From Caldimicrobium thiodismutans (GTDB taxonomy: Bacteria; Desulfobacterota; Thermodesulfobacteria; Thermodesulfobacteriales; Thermodesulfobacteriaceae): DNA of 32,000 nt. How positions within the stretch are numbered: the stretch's first letter is position 1; each line of letters opens with the position of its first letter. Both the position numbers and the translations under genes were made by a program. Shown piece by piece: positions 1-7,462 of the stretch. The stretch spans positions 1,530,001-1,562,000 of the forward strand of contig NZ_AP014945.1 in assembly GCF_001548275.1 (NCBI RefSeq), read 5' to 3'. Below the pieces are notes generated by a model. That model saw nothing but the letters and a program-made list of their open reading frames with translations, ran no database searches and had not been told where the DNA came from.

Positions 1-154
1 AAAGTAGTGGCTAACCTGTGTGTTTGCTCGTTATGTGTCCCTTTGCATTACTGGAGTAAATTCATGCAGAAAAGGTCTTTCTGAAAAGGGAGCCTATGAA
101 AATGTCAGTTTTGATTTAAAATGGTGAAAATACCCGAGGAAATGGGAGGGAAAA

Positions 155-613
155 ATGGGTGATAAGGGAGAGATAACTGCTAAGGAAATTTTAGAGTTAC
201 TCCCTCACAGATATCCTTTTTTAATGGTTGATAAGGTGCTGGAGATTGATCCAGAAAGGGAATATATAAAGGCAGTTAAAAATGTGAGCCATAATGAACC
301 CTTTTTTCAGGGACATTTCCCCGGGAACCCCATCATGCCAGGGGTTTTAATTTTAGAGGCTATGGCACAAACCGGAGCTATATATCTTAAAAAAACCTTT
401 CCAGAATGTAAGGAGAAACTCTTTGTCTTAGCTGGAATTGAAAATGTGCGTTTCAAATCCCCTGTTTTACCCGGGGATACCTTGGTGATTGAGGCTGAAA
501 AATTTAAAAGAAAGGGACATATTATTAGAACAAATGTAACCGCTAAGGTTGAGGAAAAAATAGTTGCTCAGGCTGAGATAATTGCTGCCATGATAGAGGT
601 TAAAGATGAGTAA
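155..613 (+). CDS. fabZ: 3-hydroxyacyl-ACP dehydratase FabZ
   Basis: 152-aa ORF with the hot-dog dehydratase signature (LPHRYPFLMVD, HNEPFFQGHFPGNPIMPGVLILEAMAQ). GGGAGGG Shine-Dalgarno lies about 5 nt upstream of the ATG. Overlaps lpxA by 8 nt in the canonical fabZ-lpxA order. Confidence 0.95.
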   Translation: MGDKGEITAKEILELLPHRYPFLMVDKVLEIDPEREYIKAVKNVSHNEPFFQGHFPGNPIMPGVLILEAMAQTGAIYLKKTFPECKEKLFVLAGIENVRFKSPVLPGDTLVIEAEKFKRKGHIIRTNVTAKVEEKIVAQAEIIAAMIEVKDE

Positions 614-1412
614 AATTCATTCTACTGCTTATGTTGACAAAAGTGCTGAGCTTGAAGAGGGGGTTGAAATCGGGCCCAATAGTTATATTGGTCCCAGGGT
701 TTATCTCGGAAGTGGGACCATTATTAAGGCCAATTCTTATCTTGAAAGCCATACCCGTATAGGGAAAAACAATCAAATTGGCCCTTTTGCTGTGATTGGG
801 ACACCGCCCCAACATCTTTCATACAGGGGAGAAGAGACCTATGTGGAGATAGGAGATGATAATATTATCCGAGAGTTTGTAACCATTCACAGAGGAACCC
901 TTCAGGATGCAGGTATTACTAAGATTGGAAATAATTGTTTGCTTATGAGCTATGTCCATATAGCCCATGACTGCCAGGTAGGGGACCATGTAATCATGTC
1001 AAATAATGCTACCCTTGGGGGGCATGTAAGGGTAGGGGATAGGGTGGTTATGGGGGGGTTTGCAGCAGTGCATCAATTTTGCAGAATAGGTGCCTATGCC
1101 TTTGTAGGGGGTATGAGCGGGGTAGACAAAGATGTGCCACCCTTTGTGAAGGTTTTTGGGGTCCCTGCTAAAATTCAGGGTCTTAATCTTGTGGGTCTTA
1201 GACGGGCTGGCTGGGGAAAGGATGAGATTCGCAGGCTTTCTCAAGCCCTGGGCATCTTCTTAGATGGTCCCTCAACTTTAAAAGAGGTCATTCAGGAGCT
1301 CAGAGATGTCTTTGGAGATGATCCCCTGATTGCTCAGTTAATTGCCTTTCTGGAAAACCCTTCTAAACAGGGTATAATGAGAAGAAAGCCCTTTGAAGGA
1401 GAAGATGTCTGA
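606..1412 (+). CDS. lpxA: Acyl-ACP:UDP-N-acetylglucosamine O-acyltransferase LpxA
   Basis: 268 aa. Consecutive hexapeptide (left-handed beta-helix) repeats are followed by a helical C-terminal domain. Sits between fabZ and lpxI/lpxB. Confidence 0.95.
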   Translation: MSKIHSTAYVDKSAELEEGVEIGPNSYIGPRVYLGSGTIIKANSYLESHTRIGKNNQIGPFAVIGTPPQHLSYRGEETYVEIGDDNIIREFVTIHRGTLQDAGITKIGNNCLLMSYVHIAHDCQVGDHVIMSNNATLGGHVRVGDRVVMGGFAAVHQFCRIGAYAFVGGMSGVDKDVPPFVKVFGVPAKIQGLNLVGLRRAGWGKDEIRRLSQALGIFLDGPSTLKEVIQELRDVFGDDPLIAQLIAFLENPSKQGIMRRKPFEGEDV

Positions 1413-2220
1413 AGAGGTAAACCCTAAGATAGGCCTTATCTCTGGAGAAGGCGAGTTCCCCCTGATCTTGGCCAAAGAGCTTAAGAATCTTGATTTTGAG
1501 GTCATCGCGGTTACCTTTTCCAGAGGTCAAGAAAAGAGACTCAAGGAGCTTGCTTCCAGGGTCTATCAAATTTATCTCGGTCAATTAGAAAGGCTAATAG
1601 AAATCTTTAAAAAAGAGGGGGTTTCAGATTTAATCTTTCTTGGAAAGATAGAAAAAAGTTTGGCCTTGAGATTGAGTCTTCCTGATAAAAGGGCTTTTAA
1701 ACTTTGGAAAAGGCTTGCAAACCGAGAAGATAATACTTTACTTAAGGCTATAACTGAAGAGCTTGAAAAGGAAGGTTTCAGAGTTAGAGGACCCGCTGAA
1801 TTTTTACAAAACTTTCTTGTAGAAGAAGGTTGTTATACAGATAGAGAACCTACTGAGGAGGAATGGTCTGACATTCATTATGGCTTACGCATCGCTAAGG
1901 CCATTGGTGAACTTGATATTGGGCAGTGTGTGGTAGTAAAGGATCGTATGACTGTTGCAGTTGAGGCTATGGAGGGAACGGATGCCACCATTTTAAGGGG
2001 AGGTAAACTCAGGAATCAGACCATTGTGGTTAAAATTGCTAAACCTCATCAGGACTTAAGACTGGATCTTCCAGTGGTGGGTCTGCATACCATAGAGAAT
2101 CTTGTTAAGGCTAAGGCCTCAGTCCTTGCTTTGGAGGCTGGAAAGACCTTTTTTTTACAAAGAAATAAAGCTATAGAGCTTGCCAATCGCTATGGAATTT
2201 CCATAGTTGGAGTAAGATAA
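1393..2220 (+). CDS. lpxI: UDP-2,3-diacylglucosamine hydrolase LpxI (DUF1009 family)
   Basis: 275 aa with DUF1009/LpxI-like motifs (IGLISGEGEFP near the N-terminus, DIGQCVVVKDRMTVAVEAMEGTDATILRGG). Located between lpxA and lpxB as in Caulobacter. The track start is TTG 1393; ATG 1405 is an alternative start, and the AAGGAG at 1396-1401 is in-frame ORF sequence lying only 3 nt before that ATG. Confidence 0.85.
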   Translation: MKEKMSEEVNPKIGLISGEGEFPLILAKELKNLDFEVIAVTFSRGQEKRLKELASRVYQIYLGQLERLIEIFKKEGVSDLIFLGKIEKSLALRLSLPDKRAFKLWKRLANREDNTLLKAITEELEKEGFRVRGPAEFLQNFLVEEGCYTDREPTEEEWSDIHYGLRIAKAIGELDIGQCVVVKDRMTVAVEAMEGTDATILRGGKLRNQTIVVKIAKPHQDLRLDLPVVGLHTIENLVKAKASVLALEAGKTFFLQRNKAIELANRYGISIVGVR

Positions 2221-2227
2221 AGGAGTT

Positions 2228-3184
2228 ATGCGAAAACTTAAAATAGCAGTTATTGGAGTTGGGCATCTTGGAGGATTTCATGCCCAGAAGCTCTGTGAAA
2301 TTGAATCTGCAGACCTAAAGTTTCTTGTGGATCTGAGCCCTGAGCGTTTGCAAAAGGTTTCTCAAGGCCTTAAAGAGAGATATCAGAGAGAACCTGCCCT
2401 TTATACTGATTTTCAGAGGGTTTTACCAGAGGTTGATGCAGTAGTCCTTTCTACACCAACTTCTACTCATTATGAAATTGGCAAAGAGGTGCTTTTGCAA
2501 GGGAAGGCCCTTTTTTTGGAAAAACCTATAGCTGATACCCTTCCCAAGGCAAGAGAGCTTGTAGAAATGGCTGAGCAAAAGGGGATACCCTTGCAAATTG
2601 GCTATATTGAGAGATTTCAGAAGGCGGTAAGGCTCCTTTGTGAACGGGTTAAGAATCCCCTTTTTATTGAAGCTCATAGACTTAGCAGTTTCGCAGAGCG
2701 AAATCTTGACATAGATGTGGTGCTTGATCTCATGATTCATGACCTGGATCTGGTTTTTTTATTAAAAAAGGGGGTTGAAGTTGATTTTATACATGCAGTG
2801 GGGGCTCCTCTATTTACAAATAAAGCAGATATTGTTAATGCAAGAATAGTTTTTAAGGATCAGAGCACCTGTAATCTTACAGCAAGCAGAATATCCCTTT
2901 CAAAACAAAGAAAATTTAGAGTTTTTGAAAAGGGCATCTATCATAGTGTAGATACCTTAGAAAAGTCCTACCTTGAGATAAGGCCAAGTCTTGAGACCCG
3001 TAACTTTTCTCTTGATAAAAAGAATTTTCCAGAAGATGATCCTTTAAAAGAGGAGCTTATCTCCTTTGTCAGGGGAGTTCTTGAGGGAAGAGAGCTAATT
3101 CCCTCTGGGAGGGAAGCCCTTTTGCCTTTAGAAGTTGCCTTTAAAATTAAAGAAGAGGTTGAAAAAAGGCTTCAAAGCCTTTAG
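2228..3184 (+). CDS. Gfo/Idh/MocA-family NAD-dependent sugar oxidoreductase embedded in the lpx operon (GnnA-like candidate)
   Basis: 318 aa with an N-terminal Rossmann motif (KIAVIGVGHLGGFH) and the family EKP motif (LFLEKPIA). Sits 7 nt after lpxI and overlaps the long lpxB ORF. Confidence 0.8.
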   Translation: MRKLKIAVIGVGHLGGFHAQKLCEIESADLKFLVDLSPERLQKVSQGLKERYQREPALYTDFQRVLPEVDAVVLSTPTSTHYEIGKEVLLQGKALFLEKPIADTLPKARELVEMAEQKGIPLQIGYIERFQKAVRLLCERVKNPLFIEAHRLSSFAERNLDIDVVLDLMIHDLDLVFLLKKGVEVDFIHAVGAPLFTNKADIVNARIVFKDQSTCNLTASRISLSKQRKFRVFEKGIYHSVDTLEKSYLEIRPSLETRNFSLDKKNFPEDDPLKEELISFVRGVLEGRELIPSGREALLPLEVAFKIKEEVEKRLQSL

Positions 3185-4322
3185 CGGGGCTAAGGTCTTG
3201 AAGGTTTTAATTATCACAGGAGAGATTTCTGGTGACCTTTACGGAGCTTTGCTTGTCCGGAGAATTCGGGAAATTAATCCGAGCTTTCACTTTATAGGTA
3301 TAGGGGGACCAAGGCTTAGGGGATCTGAGGTTGAAGTCCTCTTTTCTGCTGAAGCCCTATCCTTGGTAGGAATTCCTAAGCCAGCTGAACTTAAAAAATA
3401 CCTTTTTATTTACCGGAAGATTGAGGAATTTCTGCGCAAAAAAAAGGTTGATTTGGTCCTCCTTGTAGATTTCCCGGGTTTCAATCTGCGCATCGCCAAG
3501 CTTGCTAAAAACTTAGGTTATCCTGTGATTTATTATGTAGCCCCTCAGGTCTGGGCCTGGCATAAACACCGCATTAATCATCTTAAAAGATATGTGGATC
3601 AGCTCTTTGTGATTCTTCCCTTTGAAGAGGATTTTTTTAAAAATCATGGCATCCCAACGAGGTATTTTGGTCATCCCCTTTTGGATGTTGTGAGGGTAAA
3701 TCTGCCAAGAGAGCTTTTTTATGAGATTTACAATCTAAATCCTGAGACACCTGTAGTGGGCTTTTTCCCTGGGAGCAGAGAGATTGAGATTCAAAGACAC
3801 CTGCCTTTATTTATTAAGGTTTATAAAGAGCTTAAAAAGAGAAACTCAAAGATTAAAGGGATCCTCTGTCGAGCTCCGGGGCTAAAGGATTCGCCTTTTT
3901 GGGAAAAAGCAAAAGAAGAATTTCTCATCCTTGAAAATATGCAATATGAGGTCTTGAAGTATTCTCAAGCCTCACTTCTTGCCTCAGGCACAATAACCCT
4001 GGAGGCAGCTCTTCTTCAAAATCCTGCTGTGGTGACTTACTATCTACCACCCTGGATGTATTTTTTAGCCAAACGCTTGGTTAAGGTGCCTTATATTAGT
4101 CTTCCCAATCTTATTTTAAATCGGGAAATTTATCCTGAGATTTTACAGGACAGGAGTTCCCCATCTGAGCTTGCTTTAGCTCTGGAAAAGGTTATGTCTG
4201 AAGGTGAAAGTATTAAAAAATCTTTGCTTGAACTCAGGAAAGCACTTGGGGCCCCAGGGGTGACTTGGAAGATTGCTGAAGAGATTGTAAAATTTTCTCA
4301 GAGCCTTAAAAATAAACCTTGA
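3135..4322 (+). CDS. lpxB: Lipid-A-disaccharide synthase LpxB (GT19)
   Basis: N-terminal KVLIITGEISGDLYGA matches the usual LpxB start, as do the 375-395 aa length and lpx operon context. ATG 3135 overlaps the upstream gene by 50 nt. In-frame TTG 3198 (MKVLIITGE...) is the more likely true start. Confidence 0.9.
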   Translation: MPLKLKKRLKKGFKAFSGAKVLKVLIITGEISGDLYGALLVRRIREINPSFHFIGIGGPRLRGSEVEVLFSAEALSLVGIPKPAELKKYLFIYRKIEEFLRKKKVDLVLLVDFPGFNLRIAKLAKNLGYPVIYYVAPQVWAWHKHRINHLKRYVDQLFVILPFEEDFFKNHGIPTRYFGHPLLDVVRVNLPRELFYEIYNLNPETPVVGFFPGSREIEIQRHLPLFIKVYKELKKRNSKIKGILCRAPGLKDSPFWEKAKEEFLILENMQYEVLKYSQASLLASGTITLEAALLQNPAVVTYYLPPWMYFLAKRLVKVPYISLPNLILNREIYPEILQDRSSPSELALALEKVMSEGESIKKSLLELRKALGAPGVTWKIAEEIVKFSQSLKNKP

Positions 4323-4375
4323 CAAAAGGAGATTTTTTAAGATACTAAACTAAAAGCCTGATAAGGAGGTGTCCT

Positions 4376-5668
4376 ATGGGAGAAGATCTGAAAAAGATGT
4401 ACAGAACTATTGTGGGAGATCATTTTCCATCGGAACTGCGTATTACCTTTGGAGATCAGACCCTTATTTATAAAAAAAGAACCTGGGATTTGGAGGTAGA
4501 ACCTGGTATCGTGGAAAGAAGGGGCCTTAGATATGGAGAAAATCCTGATCAAGAAGCTGCGCTCTATGAGCTTGTTGCAGGAAATCTCATTTTGGGAGAA
4601 GCAGAATTTATTTCTCCTGGCAAAGGCCTTGTCTCTAATCTTACTGAGGCAGATTTTATTCAATTTGGTAAGCATCCCAGTAAAACCAATCTTACAGATG
4701 TGGACAACTCCTTGAATATTCTAAAATATCTAATGGAAAAACCCTGCTGTATCATTGTGAAACACAACAATCCCTGTGGAGTAGCTTATGGATCAAGCCT
4801 TGAGGAGGCCTTTACCAGAGCTTTTAGTGCGGATAGAGTGGCTGCTTTTGGAGGGGCCATTGCCTTAAATAGGCCCGTTGATAAAGCCTGTGCTGAAGCT
4901 ATTGCAAAGCACTATTTTGAAGTAGTCTCAGCTCCAGATTATGAGGATGGTGCAGTAGAAATTTTAAAAAGAAAGAAGGATTTAAGGATAATCAGGGTAA
5001 AAAGGATGGATAAGCTTGCGGAATATGCCAGTTTTCCAGTTGTGGAATTCAAGAGTCTTATTGATGGAGGTCTTATTCTTCAAGTTTCTCAGAAAAATAG
5101 AATCAGAAAAAAGGAGGATTTAAAGCCTGCTATAGCGGTAAAAGATGGGGTTGAATATAAGTGCCTGCGAGATCCTGATGATAGAGAGCTCAGGGATATG
5201 ATATTTGGCTGGGCTGTTGAGCTTGGGGTGACCTCTAATTCAGTCCTTTTTGTGAAGGATGAGAGAACAGTTGCTATTGGAACCGGGGAGCAGGATAGAG
5301 TGGGGTGTACCGAGATTGCTATTTTCAAAGCCTATAGAAATTATTCTGATTGGCTTTGTTATACCAAACTTGGAATTCCCTATAAGCAACTTGAACTTGA
5401 GGTAGAAAAAGGCTTGAGACCCAAGGAGCAGAAAGAGGAGATAGATGAGGAAACCAAAAAAGACAAGGCCGGACTTATAAATGCAGTTATGGTCTCAGAT
5501 GGTTTTTTACCTTTTAGAGATGCTGCGGATGTAGCTATAAGGCAGGGAATTAGTGCTATTTTACAGCCTGGGGGCTCTGTTAGGGATTGGGAGGTTATTC
5601 AAGCCTGCAATGAGGCCTACCCACCTGTGGCCATGATGTTTACTGGTCAGAGGGCCTTTAAACATTAA
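4376..5668 (+). CDS. purH: AICAR formyltransferase-type PurH lacking the N-terminal MGS/IMP cyclohydrolase domain
   Basis: 430 aa. LRYGENPDQEAALYE lies near residue 50, with VKHNNPCGVA and a C-terminal MFTGQRAFKH as in PurH AICARFT domains. No MGS-like domain precedes them. AAGGAGG RBS precedes the ATG. Confidence 0.85.
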   Translation: MGEDLKKMYRTIVGDHFPSELRITFGDQTLIYKKRTWDLEVEPGIVERRGLRYGENPDQEAALYELVAGNLILGEAEFISPGKGLVSNLTEADFIQFGKHPSKTNLTDVDNSLNILKYLMEKPCCIIVKHNNPCGVAYGSSLEEAFTRAFSADRVAAFGGAIALNRPVDKACAEAIAKHYFEVVSAPDYEDGAVEILKRKKDLRIIRVKRMDKLAEYASFPVVEFKSLIDGGLILQVSQKNRIRKKEDLKPAIAVKDGVEYKCLRDPDDRELRDMIFGWAVELGVTSNSVLFVKDERTVAIGTGEQDRVGCTEIAIFKAYRNYSDWLCYTKLGIPYKQLELEVEKGLRPKEQKEEIDEETKKDKAGLINAVMVSDGFLPFRDAADVAIRQGISAILQPGGSVRDWEVIQACNEAYPPVAMMFTGQRAFKH

Positions 5669-5742
5669 GACCTTTTGATTTCTTGCACAATCCCTAAGAT
5701 TGATTATATTTGAATAAGCTTTAAAGGGGAGGTGTATTTGCA

Positions 5743-6213
5743 GTGACAAAAATTCCTTTTACACCTGAAGGTCTTGAAAGAATTAAAAAAGAACTTGAGC
5801 ACCTTATCAAGGTTGAAAGAAGAAAGACCATTAAAGCCATTGAAGAGGCAAGAGCCCATGGAGATCTCTCAGAAAATGCAGAATATGAGGCTGCCAAAGA
5901 GCGTCAGGCTTACATTGAAGGTAGAATTCAGGAACTTCAGGGGCTTCTTGCTCAAGCTGAGGTTATCCCTCCTCTTAAGGAGGTTCCTGAGAGAGTGCAA
6001 TTCGGGGTAAAAGTAAAACTCCTAAATCTTGAAACCGATGAGATAATGACATATAAAATCGTTGGACCCTATGAGGCAGATCCTTCTAATGGTAGTATCT
6101 CCATAAATTCTCCTATAGCCAGAGGTTTAATTGGTAGAGAAATTGGAGAAGAGGTAAAGATTCAGACACCGTCCGGAATCAAAAAGTTTGAAATACTGGA
6201 TATAGAGATTTAA
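5743..6213 (+). CDS. greA: Transcription elongation factor GreA
   Basis: 156 aa. An N-terminal coiled coil (LSENAEYEAAKERQAYIEGRIQELQ) is followed by a C-terminal FKBP-like domain (SINSPIARGLIGREIGEEV). GTG start is preceded by GGGGAGGTG. Confidence 0.95.
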   Translation: MTKIPFTPEGLERIKKELEHLIKVERRKTIKAIEEARAHGDLSENAEYEAAKERQAYIEGRIQELQGLLAQAEVIPPLKEVPERVQFGVKVKLLNLETDEIMTYKIVGPYEADPSNGSISINSPIARGLIGREIGEEVKIQTPSGIKKFEILDIEI

Positions 6214-6228
6214 GACAAGGAGGAAGGC

Positions 6229-7449
6229 ATGGCCAAGATTACCCTTAGGGAGGACTTTACCCTTATTGTTCCAGATGAGCCAGAAATAGCCTATATTGAG
6301 GGAGATGGTATTGGCCCGGACATTACCAGAGCTATGCTAAAGGTAGTTTCTGCTGCAGTGGACAAGGCCTATAATGGAAAGAGAAAAATACTTTGGAAAG
6401 AGGTTTTAGCCGGTGAAAAGGCCTATAAGGAGACGGGAAATTATCTTCCTGAAGAAACCTTGAAGATTATCCAGGATTGTGTGGTAGCAATAAAAGGCCC
6501 TCTCACAACACCAGTGGGAGGGGGATTCCGGAGTCTTAATGTGACCCTTAGGCAGGTCTTAGACCTTTATGCCTGTGTTAGACCTGTGCGCTGGATACCG
6601 GGAACACCAAGCCCTGTAAAGGAACCTCAGAAGGTTAACATGGTAATTTTTCGTGAGAATACAGAAGATGTCTATGCTGGTATTGAGTATCAGGCTGGCT
6701 CTCCTGAGGCAAAAAAACTTATTGAATTTATTCGGGAAAACTTTGGGAAATCAATCCGGGAAGACTCAGGTATTGGCATAAAACCCATCTCAGTCTTCGG
6801 GACAAAGAGGCTTGTGAGAAAGGCCATCAAATATGCCCTTGAAAATGGTCTTCCCAGTGTCACCTTAGTTCATAAAGGGAATATCATGAAGTTTACCGAA
6901 GGGGCCTTCAGAGCCTGGGGTTATGAACTGGCTAAGGAGGAGTTTCCAGAGGTTTGTATTGCAGAAGAAGAAATTTCAGTGAAATATCCTCAGGGTGTTC
7001 CTTCGGGAAAGGTGATTATAAAGGATCGCATAGCGGATGCCATGTTTCAGTGGGCCCTTCTTAGACCGGAGGAGTATAGCGTTCTTGCAACTCCGAATCT
7101 GAATGGCGATTATCTTTCAGATGCCCTGGCTGCACAGGTGGGAGGTCTTGGAATGGCCCCAGGGGCAAACATAGGAGATGGATATGCGGTTTTTGAGGCT
7201 ACTCATGGTTCAGCCCCCAAATATGCAGGTCTGGATAAGGCTAATCCCTCTTCTCTGATTTTGTCTGCCAAGATGATGCTTGAATACCTTGGCTGGAAAG
7301 AATCTGCTCAAATTATCTGGGATGCCCTCTCTAAAACTATCCAGAGTAAAATAGTAACTTATGACCTTGCAAGACTTCTTGAGGGAGCTAAAGAGGTCAG
7401 GACTTCTGTATTTGCTGATGAGATTGTAAAGAACATTTATAGCCTCTAA
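6229..7449 (+). CDS. icd: NADP-dependent isocitrate dehydrogenase (homodimeric prokaryotic type)
   Basis: 406 aa with isocitrate/isopropylmalate dehydrogenase family motifs ([50 protein letters not shown]). AAGGAGG RBS present. Confidence 0.93.
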   Translation: MAKITLREDFTLIVPDEPEIAYIEGDGIGPDITRAMLKVVSAAVDKAYNGKRKILWKEVLAGEKAYKETGNYLPEETLKIIQDCVVAIKGPLTTPVGGGFRSLNVTLRQVLDLYACVRPVRWIPGTPSPVKEPQKVNMVIFRENTEDVYAGIEYQAGSPEAKKLIEFIRENFGKSIREDSGIGIKPISVFGTKRLVRKAIKYALENGLPSVTLVHKGNIMKFTEGAFRAWGYELAKEEFPEVCIAEEEISVKYPQGVPSGKVIIKDRIADAMFQWALLRPEEYSVLATPNLNGDYLSDALAAQVGGLGMAPGANIGDGYAVFEATHGSAPKYAGLDKANPSSLILSAKMMLEYLGWKESAQIIWDALSKTIQSKIVTYDLARLLEGAKEVRTSVFADEIVKNIYSL

Positions 7450-7462
7450 GGGGTAGGGCCCT

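Noticed and set aside
1-154. Short open frame running off the left edge (frame 1, ending at the TGA at ~81-83; KVVANLCVCSLCVPLHYWSKFMQKRSF), possibly the tail of the gene upstream of fabZ.
   Set aside because: Only about 27 codons are visible, with no recognisable motif. It does not resemble the LpxD C-terminus usually found there, so it cannot be supported as a feature.
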